A stretch of DNA of 64,000 nt, taken from the NCBI GenBank assembly GCA_964016885.1, contig OZ024742.1:183830001-183894000 (forward strand), in the 5' to 3' direction. Both the position numbers and the translations under genes were made by a program. This DNA is from Eledone cirrhosa (lineage: Eukaryota). The notes beneath the pieces were generated by a model. The model worked only from the letters and a program-made list of their open reading frames with translations. It was not told where the DNA came from and did not search any database. Below, one piece after another: positions 45,098 to 61,562 of the stretch (position 1 is the stretch's first letter; every line of letters begins with the position of its first letter).

Positions 45098-45283
45098 AAC
45101 CAGTAAGACCCCGACAGCTGAGCTCAAGCCGTTTCGACGGCTAATTCAGTCCAGAATTAGCCGTCGAAACGGCTTGAGCTCAGCTGTCGGGGTCTTACTG
45201 GTTCCTATTACCCACTCTACTACCTCAAGTATTGAGTACTTTGGTGCGTTATGGTCCACCTGGTTCCTTACCACATTTCCTTC

Positions 45284-45288
<5 letters not shown>
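45095..45288 (+). mobile_element. Family H1 fold-back element with near-perfect arms
   Basis: aggaaccagtaagacccc...gacggctaattc-agtcca-gaattagccgtcGAAAC...GTCggggtcttactggttcct plus tail. Confidence 0.9.
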
Positions 45289-45375
<87 letters not shown>

Positions 45376-45476
45376 GAGATACATACACTCTATTTTCTCA
45401 AGCATGGAGTACATAGCCTAATATAGTCTTACTTGTCTGAACTTGTAACTCCCAATGTATGATATATATATATATA

Positions 45477-45507
<31 letters not shown>

Positions 45508-46589
45508 TATTTATTTATATATATATAGTTCAAGAATAGACAAGACAAAGAAAGATGCAAAATCACAAATGTTCACGCTTGGAAGAAGGAGTGAATGTAT
45601 AAGGAAAGGGTGACATGAGAACATTTGTCGTTAATGTTTTTGAAATCCCTTAATATATGAAATAACTGAAATTTTCATTTTATAAACGTGTGTTTTTAAA
45701 TATTTCATGTTCAGTTAGTATATTTTATTTAGGATTTATTTAATCATCTGGGAACTGTACTTTTAAAGTAATGGCACTGTCAACGATTTTTAAAGCATTT
45801 AAAAGTAATGAAGGGCTATTTATTCATATAACTAACTTTCTCATTATTAATCTGCTTCTGGAATTTAACATAACACAGGATCATACATTAAAGTACAATG
45901 GGTAAGTTATTCCTATCTAAATATAAGCATTTTAGAGCAAATATATTTATATCGTAGAATCCTGAGCAGATTTTGACAGTTTGGTGTGAAAAAGTTTAAA
46001 CTACGCACAAATTTAACTCTTATATCCTGTAATGATTTAGCAAAAAATATCTAAAAATAGGTTTGTTAATTCAACTGCCTATAGTATTTTATAAGTGATG
46101 AATAGATCGTTGGGAAAATTTGCAGTAAACTAAAGACTTTAATTTTAATGTAATGCATAAGGCTATTTTGTACGTTATAAGAATGTCTTGATAATGTAGC
46201 TTCATGTAGTACATGATATTAAAATTAGGTAAATAATAACTTTGAGCGGCTACTCAAAAACTAACACGCAATGCAAGCAGTAGTGTACGAACACACGATT
46301 CAATTGTTTATTTAGATTCTAAACCATCTGAAACTACACCTGTTTCTACAATAAAAAGCTGTTTATTACATCATAATTTTATGTAAGAACCTTTGTTGGG
46401 TTATGCTCCGAACACCAAATACATGATGAGACATTTTCTTATATTACTAAATCCATCCGAATTTTTTATTGTTTTAAAAAAGTATTTGAAAATCATAGCT
46501 ATTGTATTTTTATTAGAAAAAAATTAAACCGAGTATTAAACAGTTATAGTAGGTTTTTATATAAACTGTTACACTAATATATAAAATCT

Positions 46590-47042
46590 TAAATCGTTAA
46601 ACTAGTAAGACGTTATATAAACTATTAAACTAAGTGTTGAGATATATTGTTAAACTGTTAAACTAAATATTGACATATACTGTTAAACCGTTAAACTAGT
46701 AAGACGTTATATAAACTGTTAAACTAAGTGTTGAGATATATTGTTAAACTGTTAAACTAAATATTGACATATACTGTTAAACCGTAAATTAGTAAGACGT
46801 TATATAAACTGTTAAACTAAGTGTTGAGATATATTGTTAAACTGTTAAACTAAATATTGACATATACTGTTAAATCGTTAAACTAGTAAGACGTTATATA
46901 AACTGTTAAACTAAGTGTTGAGATATATTGTTAAACTGTTAAACTAAATATTGACATATACTGTTAAACCGTAAATTAGTAAGACGTTATATAAACTGTT
47001 AAACTAAGTATCGACATATACTATTAAACTGTTAAACTAAGT
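46590..47042. repeat. 93/94-bp minisatellite, about 4.7 units
   Basis: agtaagacgttatataaact starts at 46604, 46698, 46791, 46885 and 46978. Confidence 0.95.
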
Positions 47043-47370
47043 CTTTTTATAAACAGTAACATTGTAACAATTTTATAAACAGTTAAATAACTAAACATCA
47101 TAACCAGTATTTGACAATATGAACACGGAGAAGAAACAATGTTATATATATTGTTATGAATTTATCAACAAACACTACTCAATTAATTTATCTTATCTTT
47201 CCTACTTACAATCACGGAACAAACAAGAGAAACGTATATAATATGTATGGATGTTACAGCACAGTGTATTTATAGCGTATTTGAAAGTAACTAGAAAAAT
47301 TTCATTAAAAATATATTCTGCATTAGAGATTTTTCTAATATTGTGTTTATTGCATGCAACGCACACAAAC

Positions 47371-47473
<103 letters not shown>

Positions 47474-47578
47474 CACATACAAGGGAACAGGTGAAGGCTT
47501 CAAGAACATCCTCTTTGTCCGTTCCCTTGTCGTTTTGATTTGGGTTTCCTCGGGAACATAACCTTATTATATAAGAAA

Positions 47579-47651
47579 CTGTCTGGTGAGAGTATGGTAC
47601 TGGGTACGCGGAATCGCGTGGCCACTGTCGTCATCGAAATATGTATCACAG
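47579..47651 (+). ncRNA. Family H4 hammerhead motif with core variant CTGGTGA, in an element at about 47481-47702
   Basis: Stem I ctgt/acag, long stem II, GAAA-t-atgt-ATC; homologous to 60440-60514 (-). Confidence 0.6.
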
Positions 47652-47698
47652 CCTTATCAATAAAGGACTTTAAAATCTAAACCTACTTCGCATTTTCT

Positions 47699-47740
<42 letters not shown>

Positions 47741-47867
47741 ATGTATGTATATTCGGTATACAAGGATGCAATTCACTTTTAGCACTCAACGACATATTAC
47801 TTCCTATTATATATATGTATATATAATAAGAAAATGCGAAGTAGTTTCAAAAGTAGTTAAAGAGTCG

Positions 47868-48350
<483 letters not shown>

Positions 48351-48387
48351 ATATATATATGTATATATATATATTTATATATATTAT

Positions 48388-48422
<35 letters not shown>

Positions 48423-48427
48423 AATAT

Positions 48428-48567
48428 AACAAAGAAGGTGTGGTAAGATACCAGGTGGACCATAATGCATCAGAGTATTCGATACTTAGGGCAGTAGAGT
48501 GGGTAATAGGAAAAGAGTCCGGAACCCCGACGGCTGAGCTCCGGCCGTTTCGACAGCTAGATCCGAA

Positions 48568-48570
<3 letters not shown>
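48428..48570 (-). mobile_element. Family H1 element truncated in stem II, no fold-back
   Basis: Homology to the H1 tail and the GAAAC/stem III region. Confidence 0.8.
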
Positions 48571-48638
<68 letters not shown>

Positions 48639-49307
48639 ATATATATGTATATGCATATATGTGTATGCATACACATCCTGATGATAGTTAAATTACTCAG
48701 TATTTATACCATACTTTATTTGACGCTTGCTTTTCCGTCCATTACTCTTAGTTTACAGTGATAGTCGCTGTAAACCTCAACGGAAAAAAAACTGTATCTT
48801 TGAATATATGAAGAAACTCTATGTTATGTGTAAGACAGTACCCCTAGTCCCCCATTTGTAAATTGCCCGAGTGATTAGAAGGTTAATTCGAATGATTTGC
48901 GTTATTTGTTCTGGCTCTCTACGAGATCAACTTTGCTTTTCATCCTTTCGATGTCGATAAAACAAAATACCAGTCCAGTACTGGGATCGATTCTTGTCAC
49001 TGTGTCTCTCTTTTCTTCTATTGAAGATTTGTTTAGATTTGGATAGGAGATGAGCTCCGCCAGGTTTTAAAACTGCCCATGGCACGGTGTATGTCACATT
49101 GGCACCCATGCGACTCAGAATTTACGTACATATATATTCAAATAGTAAATGTGCTCGATATTTTCATTTCATACGTCAGTTAATTAATTAAATCGGTATG
49201 ATTATTTAACTATAATAAACGAAATATTGATAACATATTCGAGTAGACTATTATGTATAGCCCGGAATATTTTCATAAATGACTGCTATTACTTATATGT
49301 TGAATAA

Positions 49308-49473
49308 CTGTGGTTCCTACCCTGTGGTCTGTAGACTCTTCGGTGTCCGCAAAGATAGTATTGGGATTCCTTGAGCCTGCTCAGAAAATGAGCAGGCAGT
49401 CCTTTAAAAGGTTTGTGGGAACATTCATTTAAATATACGGGGCAGTTGGAAGTGAAAAGCTGAGGAACCAGTG
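49308..49473. mobile_element. Decayed hAT (Charlie-like) MITE
   Basis: ctgtggttcctaccctgtggtc ... aaaagctgaggaaccagtg resembles CAGTGGTTCCCAAC / GTTGGGAACCACTG ends. Confidence 0.5.
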
Positions 49474-50920
49474 ATGTGTTTTTGTTTATTCTATACCGTA
49501 AAACAACATTATTTAATATATATAATAATTAACTGTCACACAATATTTCATAGAAAATCTATTATTAGTCTATTATGAATAAATAAAATTCCAGCTTAAA
49601 ATTTTTGAAAGCTGAAATGTCATTCCTACTGCCATATTAATTGAGTATACGCGTTGAGCCGTATCAACCTATGACCAGGTCCCTAAGCTTTTGGGTATTT
49701 CGGGTCACATTTGGGACTTCAATCTTTCACCCAATTAAAGCAAACCATAAATAAATAAAACTTAATGGGACCAGTCTAGTCGGTCGTATGAATAATACGG
49801 CCCTGTATATGTTTCAAATGATTATGTCACTGACGACTGGAATTTTAATAGGAATGTTTAAATTAAGAAACATTTTCACTTTGAAAATAAGTATAAAAAC
49901 ATTGTAACATTAGTGTGAAAGTAAAATGTTACTCTCAATAATTTCTCTTCAATATATTGTAAAACGTATACGTAGCCGATCGCTCGGACTTTTACGAAGC
50001 CTGGAGGAAATAAAATTAATAGAAAGAGTGGTATGCACGGAAATGCTATAAAATAACTTATAAAATAGGGTGAAGACACTTAGAGAAGGAAAAAGAAGTT
50101 GCCATCGGCCGCTACAAAGAATCGAACTACATATCTTGCCGGTATATGGGAGATATAAGATTCGGATCCTCATAGCGGCCGATGTCAAATTCTTTTTCCA
50201 ACTCTAAGGGTCTCCACCCTATTTCATAAGCTACTTTATAGCATCACCGCGTATGAGCACACCACTCTTTATATTGTAGATATTTATAACTACGTATATT
50301 TAAATGCGTAATGTTTATAATATGCTATATTGTATGTCATAAGTTATGTTGTATATTTATATGGTATTGTATATAAGTCGTGTTGTATATAAGTTTGAAT
50401 ATATATAATGCGTTGTAATGTATTTAGTAAGTTATATTGTATATAAGTTGTACTGTATGACATACGTTATATATGCCATACTCTGTACTATATGACATAA
50501 TATTTATTGTATAAGTTATAAGCTGTACTGTTTGTCATAAATAATATTGTATATAATAAGATATACTGTGTATAAAAATTATAGCGGATGTTAATTTGTA
50601 TCGCGTGATATATTTAACAAAATAACTGCAGACATTTTTTTCTTTCTAAACATGTCAACTCGAAATGTCTGTACGCATGCGCAAAAGGAAAACAGAATTA
50701 TTTTTAACCAGCCCTTCATTAAACATTAAGCAAAATAGGCACCTACTTAGGACATCAAAATAATTAAAAGGCATAAAAGTTTCCATCTATTCTAAAATCT
50801 TCTGATGTATTTTTTAACAAGGACCTCCAAACATTATACGGTTTAAGGCTTAACCAAGTTTTAATCCTGCACTGTATTTAACTATATATATATATATAAG
50901 TATATATATATATATATAGG

Positions 50921-51014
<94 letters not shown>

Positions 51015-51291
51015 AACAACTATATATATATGTGAAATTAATAAACATTCGTTGTACTGCCTCTCTGTTTTGTTCCTGTTCAAATTTTTCCATTATATAC
51101 ATATATATATATATATTTGTATATATACATATATATATATACATTTACACACACATACATATATATATATGTATGTAAAAGGTAAACAGAAATATATATA
51201 TATATATATACATTTGTAGGCTAATCGATGGTAGTTGTGTAATTATATACCATTAGACACGAAAAAGTACATCTTTTCAGTAGTCGTTCTC

Positions 51292-51368
<77 letters not shown>

Positions 51369-51795
51369 AATAAATACACATATGTATATATAAGAATATA
51401 TATGTAAGTATATGTATGTATATGTATGTATATGTATATATATATGTATGTATAAGTATATCTATTATATGTATATATATATAGAGAGAGAGAGATATGT
51501 GTGTGTGTGTTTGGGTGTGTGTGTTCGGGTGAGTGTGTTTGGGTGTGTGTATAAACTAAATAGTAGATAACCTATACGTAAAATTAATATATATATTAAA
51601 CAAAATTATTTTGTCATTGGACTGCACATATACTGGAGTACATCCAAGGGATTTAATCGATCATATCGATGCTAAGCTTTATTTCAGTTTGGTAATTTAT
51701 TTTATCGATCTCTGTCAATTCACTAAATTACACTTTTGATATGAAAAGAAAGACGCAGCTCAGCACAACTGTTTACACTGGTAAACATATTCACG

Positions 51796-51888
<93 letters not shown>

Positions 51889-51919
51889 ACACACATACTC
51901 ATACGCACGCGCGCGCAAT

Positions 51920-52515
<596 letters not shown>

Positions 52516-53098
52516 AATTAGGTGATTCAGTAGATTTGTGGTTTACTGAGGTAGGTACCAATATTAGCACTCTATGCTATAGCAGAGTCTATACATGAAG
52601 AAGAACAAAACAAGGTTTCACATTGAGCTTTTTATTGATTAGGTTCATTTACGGACGTTTCACAGATGGTTGGCTCAACATCTATATTTATGTTATTTAC
52701 ACGACTACAGTCCCAATCTACTATTAGACAAGGTATTCTTAGCAAAACCAGAATCTCATTGAGCCAGACACGTTATTTCACGTTGCTCCAGTTCATTTAG
52801 CTGACAAAATGTTGCTGTATCTGTAATTCGAAAGACTAGCCACATCACATTCTCTGTTATGTGGAGAACTACGTGGAGGGTACGCGTGTCTGCGGAATAC
52901 TCAGCCACTTGTTCATTAATTACACGGGTAGGCAAGTTCTGTTGATCGTATCAACTGGAACACTCATCGTGCCAGTTTTTATATTATGATATAGATTATT
53001 ATATACATTGTATACGCATTTACCATTTTTTAAATATTTGAGGCCTCATAACTTAACTAGCACAGTGCCTCATTTGTCCTAAATCCGGCACAGTGTGA

Positions 53099-53178
<80 letters not shown>

Positions 53179-53338
53179 ATAACAAAATATCGTTTAAGGT
53201 AATACAGGTAGAGGTTGTGAGTACTCTGTGTTGAGGATAGTTTTAACGTACGGCGTTGTTTGACTAAACAAGAAATTTCCTTAGTCGGGTGGCCGGTTTA
53301 AGAAAGTTTCTAGCTAGGTGGTTCTTGGAGTAATATAA

Positions 53339-53376
<38 letters not shown>

Positions 53377-54077
53377 TGTAAAATTAACGATGAAGCTTTA
53401 AAATGAAATTGCTTACAACTTAATATGATGAGCAGGATGTTCTGTCGTCGTGCGAACAACTAAAACAAAAGTAAAACAAAGATACCTCTCCGATTGACAC
53501 TTAAACATATTAGTATCATATTAACCCGCTCGTTCCATATTTCGAATGAAAGACATTGCCTATCATTTTCAAATAATTTTGAAAATAATAACGAAAGTGG
53601 TGCGATTTAGTAATATATAACTAACTTTAGTAATACAACTAACTCATTATTTACATGGTGATTTGAGCCTGGCTGAAATAAAGTTTCTTACATGACATTA
53701 TGATGAAAGGATTTCAGATTGTATCATAGCATTCTTTCATGTGGTTTAATTTAAATTCGTTTTTGCCCTTTCATGAGCAAATTTACATGGACAACATAGA
53801 ATAAATCTCACTATTTTAGCCAATGACGTAAATTCAAGCGACTTCTCTCTCCCTACAAGTTTGGAGCATTGAGCCAAAATTATAGTTCAATAAATATAAT
53901 ATATGGGAGTGTTTGGAGGAATTTCCAATTGAATCATGACGTTAATGAGGCAGGCATGAACGACACCCACGCTTTTTAACCTTTTCTCACAATAGTGGAC
54001 CGATGCTACATATACGTTATATAAACATACATATATATATATATATGTGTGTGTGTATGTGTGTGAGTGTGTCTGTA

Positions 54078-54144
<67 letters not shown>

Positions 54145-54239
54145 CTATGTGTGTGTAAATATTTAGGTATTAAGTATAACAGGACGATCAGCGACCAGTA
54201 ACCCAGAAAATTACTGAAATTATATATTTACGCACACAC

Positions 54240-54361
<122 letters not shown>

Positions 54362-54425
54362 GTATATATATAAATGTATATGTATATATTCGTGTCCGTG
54401 TGTGTGTAAATACATAATTTCAGTA

Positions 54426-54476
<51 letters not shown>

Positions 54477-54497
54477 AATATACAAATATATATATAA

Positions 54498-54597
<100 letters not shown>

Positions 54598-54641
54598 ATA
54601 TATATTTGTGTGTGCGTGTGTGTGTAAATACATAATTTCAG

Positions 54642-54700
<59 letters not shown>

Positions 54701-55064
54701 CTTTATCGGAGAAAGCTTTTAGCGATACTCCGGCCAAATTCCAACTCACTCAACAAACATTAGGAAATAAGTGATTATATTCCTAAGTAAACTTTCGGGG
54801 TGCTAACTAAAAGTATTATGTGGAAAACTGGCTGTATTATTTCATATGAGACATATCGAATATATATATATATATATATATATATACGCACATACACATA
54901 TATATATATATACACATATATATATATATATACACACATACATATATGTGCCCCTCCCCCCATATATATATATTATTATTATATATATATGCACTCATAT
55001 ATATATGTATGTATATATATATTTATATATATACACTCACACACACACATATATATATATATAG

Positions 55065-55122
<58 letters not shown>

Positions 55123-55126
<4 letters not shown>

Positions 55127-55311
55127 GGAACAAGTAAGACCCCGACGGCTGAGCTCAAGCCGTTTCGACGGCTAATTCCAGAATTAGCTGTCGAAACGGC
55201 TTGAGCTCAGCCGTCGGGGTCTTACTTGTTCCTATTACCCACTCTACTACCCTAAGTATTGAGTACTTTGGTGCGTTATGGTCCACCTGGTTACTTACCA
55301 CATTTCCTTCG

Positions 55312-55313
<2 letters not shown>
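55123..55313 (+). mobile_element. Family H1 fold-back element
   Basis: Palindrome centred on ctaattc-ca-gaattag plus full tail into (AT)n. Confidence 0.9.
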
Positions 55314-55347
<34 letters not shown>

Positions 55348-55365
55348 TTATACATATATATAATC

Positions 55366-55498
55366 TATTGTTATACTTTGGGAGCGTCATGTTGCCAATA
55401 AGAAACACACGCAACATGACCCTCCCAAAGTATAACAATATCGGTTTCAACACACGTTTTCAGATAAAGAATCTTGCTAAACAAATTCAGAAACGAAA
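55366..55498. mobile_element. Family F fold-back element with a shortened hairpin
   Basis: Same arms and tail as 3866-4192 with the internal portion lost. Confidence 0.8.
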
Positions 55499-55698
55499 TA
55501 TATATAATCTGTTTTATGTAAAGGCTCTCAAGCGTACATTCTCATAAAGAGTATTCTAAAAAGAGTCACAGATGCATCCATTTCTCCTAACTAATGCTTT
55601 TTTTTATAATTATATTTTATTAATTTACAGCAGATTTTCTTTCATATTAGAGTGGACTTTCTTTGCTAAGGCGCTGAGATTGTCAGAATATATATTTT

Positions 55699-55862
<164 letters not shown>

Positions 55863-55881
55863 TATATATATAAATATATAC

Positions 55882-55912
<31 letters not shown>

Positions 55913-55926
55913 AATATATACATATG

Positions 55927-55958
<32 letters not shown>

Positions 55959-55975
55959 TATGTATATGTATATAT

Positions 55976-56026
<51 letters not shown>

Positions 56027-56043
56027 TATGTATATGTATATAT

Positions 56044-56165
<122 letters not shown>

Positions 56166-56177
56166 ATATATATATAC

Positions 56178-56230
<53 letters not shown>

Positions 56231-56231
56231 C

Positions 56232-56268
<37 letters not shown>

Positions 56269-56552
56269 CATATATATATACATATATTTATATATATATA
56301 TTTATATATATATATATATATATAACATGTATGTGTGTGTGTATGTTCGTGGGCGCGTGTATGTGTGTGAGTGTGTGTGTGTGTGTAATTATTTAATTAA
56401 TTAATTATGTAAGAAATACAAAACAAACAATACTTCTCTTTCTATTGTTTTCTCATTCTTACTTTACTCTACTTCCACAATTAAATATCCTATTCACACT
56501 GTACTGGTTTTCTCATTACATTCTTTACACACACACATATATATATATGTTC

Positions 56553-56733
56553 TAATAATTGTTTCTACTATTGGCACAAGACCAGCAATTAACTCAGTGT
56601 ATTACTGGTACTTTATTTTATCGACCCCGTAAGGATGAAAGGCAAAGTTAACCTCGGCGGGATTTGAACTCAGAATGGCAAGGGCCGTAACTCTATGCTT
56701 GGCGTTCGACCCACTACCGATACTGCCAATCCA
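56553..56733 (-). mobile_element. SINE A, near full length
   Basis: Consensus match. Confidence 0.9.
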
Positions 56734-56962
56734 ATACAAAGATGAACATCCAGAGAGCACTCGATGAGCGTTGTATACTCTTTTACTCTTTTACTCTTTT
56801 ACCTGTTCCAGCCATCTGGTTGAGGCCATGCTGGGGCACCGTATATATATTTATTAGTATATATAAACCCGTAAAGTAAATATTTATTATTGTCAATTAG
56901 CAATTGTTTCAACATACGTTTTCAGATGAAAAGTCTTCCAAAACAAATACAAAAACGAAGTA

Positions 56963-57133
56963 CCGTATTTCCCGGCGCCGAAGAGGCTTCGTCCTTTAGG
57001 ACGCACCCTAATTTTGACAACCCAAAATTTGAAAAAAAAACAAAAAAACTAATTCGGCCTGCAAGGATGCATGGTAGATTTGTTTAGATTTATTTTAGGA
57101 AAATAGTAGCGTCTTGGACGCCGGGAAATACAG
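56963..57133. mobile_element. Tc2/pogo-like MITE (CCGTATTTCCCGGCG TIRs, TA flanks)
   Basis: TA-ccgtatttcccggcg ... cgccgggaaatacag-TA. Confidence 0.85.
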
Positions 57134-57236
57134 TATATATATATATAGTTGAACAAATAAAACAAAACAAACACAGGGATGCAAAAACACAAAGTCTTAT
57201 TAGGATCACGCTTAGGAAGTGAAGGAAGGTACAGCA

Positions 57237-57317
<81 letters not shown>

Positions 57318-57432
57318 GCTGTAGGCATGGATGAGTGATTAAGGAGTTCATTTTGCAACCAGTTAGGCAAGTATTAAATCATATATATATATATATATAT
57401 ACATATATGAAATAAACTTTAAGACAAGTTAA

Positions 57433-57545
57433 AATAATTGTTTCTATTTTTAGGCACAAGGCCAGCAATTACCCAGTACATTACTGGTACTTTATTTTAT
57501 CGACCCCGTAAGGATGAAAGGTAAAGTTAACCTCGGCGGGATTTG
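57433..57545 (-). mobile_element. 5'-truncated SINE A with TSD gttaaaataat
   Basis: Direct repeat on both flanks. Confidence 0.85.
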
Positions 57546-57563
57546 TTAAAATAATATTACAAA

Positions 57564-57747
57564 CCGTATTTCCCGGCGTCGAAGACGCTACTTTTTTCCT
57601 AAAATAAGCCTAAAAAATCTTCGATGCGTTCTGGAGGCCGAAGGTTGTTTATTTTTTTATTTTTTTTTTTTTTTAATTTCCAAATTTTGGTTGTCAAAAT
57701 TAGGGTGCGTCCTTGACGACGAAGCGTTTCGGCGCCGGGAAATACGG
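57564..57747. mobile_element. Second copy of the CCGTATTTCCCGGCG MITE, opposite orientation
   Basis: TIRs ccgtatttcccggcg / cgccgggaaatacgg; internal gtcaaaattagggtgcgtcc is the reverse complement of the first copy. Confidence 0.85.
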
Positions 57748-57917
57748 TAATTTCTGTCTGCACGTATATTTCATATATGATATCTCGGTTATGTTTGATC
57801 GCCACCACCAAGCTGGATAGATACTACTGACGTGGGGTGCTCTTACCTGCTTAAACCTGTTTATCAACGAGAAGTCATTTTACAACTCTTTCGGATAGAC
57901 AACATACCAACTAGTAG

Positions 57918-57957
<40 letters not shown>

Positions 57958-59123
57958 ATTTACGCGTGTGTATTTACGTGTGTGTGTAAACGCGTGTATA
58001 TATATGTTTATATGTGTATTCATACACCCATATACCTACACATATACACATATAGACATACATATTTGTGTGTGTGCGCGCGTGTGTGTACGTGTGTGTA
58101 TGTGTGTGTGTATACTGCGCATGTTAAAGATTCTTGTCGTTTTATGGAAAGATGTAGTAAAACTATAAGTGTTAATTTCGTGTGGTATGAAACAAAACTC
58201 CTAACCTTTCCGCCATCTAACCATTGAAGACTCCTGTTTGACACATTCAGTATTTCCTCTTTCTCACGCATTACTAACATATTTCACGAGTTAATGATCA
58301 TTTAATCTGCGAGAAATAGCTATTTAATACCCGTCAAATGACGCACTATTCTCTTTAATATAGGAACAACACATTGGATAGAGTAGTCCAAGATGGTCAC
58401 GTCTGGAACGTGTTTGATTATATGTTTTCTCGATCAGCGTTGACCTAATGTTAACCACCACCGAAGGTTTATTTACTTTTTTTTAAGTTGTTAATATATT
58501 GGTTTCAATGATAAAAAAATGTGCCAGTAATATTTGAAATGCTTGTAATTATATCAAATTAAATTAATATAAATATTTTAAAAACAAAACGCCTGAAACG
58601 ATCCTTCGTTTTATGGTACAAAATATTTTATTTAAATATTTTATCTAAAAACTTTCCATCGTAATTTTAAACACCAATTTAACCCAAATTTCTAATGTAA
58701 CGACACAACCTAAAATTCTCCAATACATTTTTTATATAATTTGATATATTTTGATATGTGGAGAGATTTAGTAATATAACTTTATTTATTATGCAAATGG
58801 TGTGTGGAGAATAATTTAAGAAATGCTTTTAGCTGTTAATATTTTTAGATAAATATAAACATTTGAAAACAAAAAGCTTTTATCATAGAACTCGGGTTGG
58901 TTTCTTTTTTTTTTTTTCTTCAGAAATATGGCAAGAAAATCGTTAAAGGGACGTAACTAAATAATACAAACTATTTCATTCGACGCACTGTTGTTTCTAT
59001 CACTGAACACACTAATTTCATAAATATAACAAATAAAAGTAATTTTAAGAGTTATTGTCGATAGACTGATTTACAGGAATATAACAAGAAATAATAAAAA
59101 TTATATACATATAAATATTATAT

Positions 59124-59211
<88 letters not shown>

Positions 59212-59310
59212 ATATATGTTTATCCCGGGTTTAATCGTGGATAACCACAGTAAGTAAGGTACTCTACTCAATACATACCAGAGTATAAATATTTAATGCA
59301 TAGAAGAAAT

Positions 59311-59362
59311 GGCTTTTACAGGACTAGAACTGTTTCATTCGGAGGAAATCATTAGGAAAGCC
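59311..59362 (-). ncRNA. Family H2 hammerhead motif with a core mutation (CTAATGA), in an element at about 59222-59385
   Basis: Minus strand ggctttc CTAATGA tttc-ctcc-gaat GAAACAG ttctagtc CTGTA aaagcc. Confidence 0.7.
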
Positions 59363-59434
59363 TTCCTGGTGATTTCCTTCCTGATGCTTTTTTTGCAGTT
59401 ATTTCTCTCTCTCTCTCCACTCTCTCTTTCTCTT

Positions 59435-59522
<88 letters not shown>

Positions 59523-59956
59523 ACGATAATAATATATGATAATAATATAATATAAGTCTGGATCGGTGGTCACACAGAGTCTGTTCTATACATAGAGCAC
59601 TCTTTTTTCCTTTGCTTTTCCTTCGGAATTACCTAACACATAAACAGCTCCTAACGGGAATGATCGACGACAATTCTGCAAATCTATGAGACTGGCATCT
59701 TCCAGCCTGACAAGTTGAGTACTCTACAGTTATAAGGAAATTTAACAACACTAACTATGAATTTATATATATAAGGAGTTGACGGACCCAGCATATTTAT
59801 CAATGCCAGGACCGGTTGTATCTCAGTGTACTCAATAGGTAATGTAGGATACATACATTCCCAGAGTATACACATAGTTATTCGCTTCAATACAACACAC
59901 GTAAAACGGGTGCCTATAATAGTTCCCGGACTCGAGATTAGGCCACACTTAATGCA

Positions 59957-60015
<59 letters not shown>

Positions 60016-60118
60016 GTGTTAAACAATATTCAATGAGTATGTCAAAGAATGAGTTTTACAGTAGATTGGAAGCACTCTACGAGAAAATAATTTTCCGGAG
60101 TTATTAATATTAAAATAT

Positions 60119-60195
60119 ATATTAATAAAATAGATGTTCTTTTGATCAATTACATAAAATGTAATTGATCAAAAGAACATCTATTTTATTAATAT
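60119..60195. repeat. Perfect hairpin, 37-bp arms and 3-nt loop, in a TA-flanked insert
   Basis: atattaataaaatagatgttcttttgatcaattacat-aaa-atgtaattgatcaaaagaacatctattttattaatat. Confidence 0.9.
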
Positions 60196-60229
60196 TTATA
60201 TTTTACTATATATATATATATATTATATA

Positions 60230-60309
<80 letters not shown>

Positions 60310-60439
60310 TTAAGGTTAACTTTGTTGTAATTCGATTCGAGCACTCAACGTACTTTTTCCACATAGGAGTGACGGAGTATATTTAGAATAAGAAAATGCA
60401 AAGTAGTTCCAGATGTTATTTAAGTCATTTAATGATAAT

Positions 60440-60514
60440 GCTGTGATATATATTTCAATGACAACAGTGGTGACCCTCTTCGGTGTACCCAGTGCCGTGG
60501 CAGCATCAGACAGC
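60440..60514 (-). ncRNA. Family H4 hammerhead motif with core variant CTGATGC, in an element at about 60310-60668
   Basis: Minus strand gctgt CTGATGC ...long stem II... GAAA t-atat-ATC acagc. Confidence 0.65.
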
Positions 60515-60606
60515 TTCTGACATAATAAGGTTAGGTTCTCGAGGTAATCTAAATTGAATCGACAAGGGAACGGACAAAGCAGGTGCTCTTGGGTCCTCTG
60601 TCCGCT

Positions 60607-60644
<38 letters not shown>

Positions 60645-60663
60645 AACGAACGAAGGACCCAAG

Positions 60664-60718
<55 letters not shown>

Positions 60719-60721
<3 letters not shown>

Positions 60722-60893
60722 AAAAAGTATGACCCCGACAGCAGAGCCCAAGCCGTTTCGACGGCTATTAGCCGTCGAAACGGCTTGAGCTCTGCCGTCG
60801 GGGTCATACTTTTTCCTATTTCCTACTCTACTACCCTAAGTATTGAGTACTCTAGTGCGTTATGGTCCATCTGGTTCCTTACCACAATTCCTT

Positions 60894-60899
<6 letters not shown>
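60719..60899 (+). mobile_element. Family H1 fold-back element
   Basis: Palindrome centred on gacggcta-t-tagccgtc plus tail. Confidence 0.9.
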
Positions 60900-60962
<63 letters not shown>

Positions 60963-60974
60963 CACATATTTATT

Positions 60975-61010
<36 letters not shown>

Positions 61011-61562
61011 CACATTAATACAAATATATTATATATGCTATATATATATATATATATACACGCTAACATACGCACATAATAGAAATATGTATACATAATT
61101 CTTTTGACGCATACACAACAAATATTCAAATTATTGTCAGTAATACTGTAATTTTCCTAATCCTGTATTGTTCATCGTTTTACATATACATTTATTGGTG
61201 TTAGACCTCCGTCGGTTTCTACGATGAGTGTTCTAGTTTTTTCGTTAATGGAATACCCTGCTCGTGAAATTAACATGCTAGTGCTTGAATATTTCACAAT
61301 CACGTGTACATTTGACGTAATTCTCGGGGAGATTTAGACTGAAACAGGATGTGACAGGATTCAAACTTTGAAATACAGGTACAGTAGGTACAACACATCA
61401 TTTTTTTCCAGCTTAATTTTCTGGAGCAACGTAAAATATAGTGTCTCGCTGAAGGACACAACACCCAGCCGGTTCGGAATCGAACTCAGGACTTTACGAA
61501 TGTGAGTCCAACACCTCACAAGCCTTCATCCCTCACCATTACTCATTCATATTGTTTAAATA

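Noticed and set aside
60316-60807. 163-aa ORF with a non-repetitive C-terminal half
   Set aside because: It spans TA tracts and two different elements; the homologous copy at 47481 has a stop in the aligned region, and the sequence is better explained as structured RNA.
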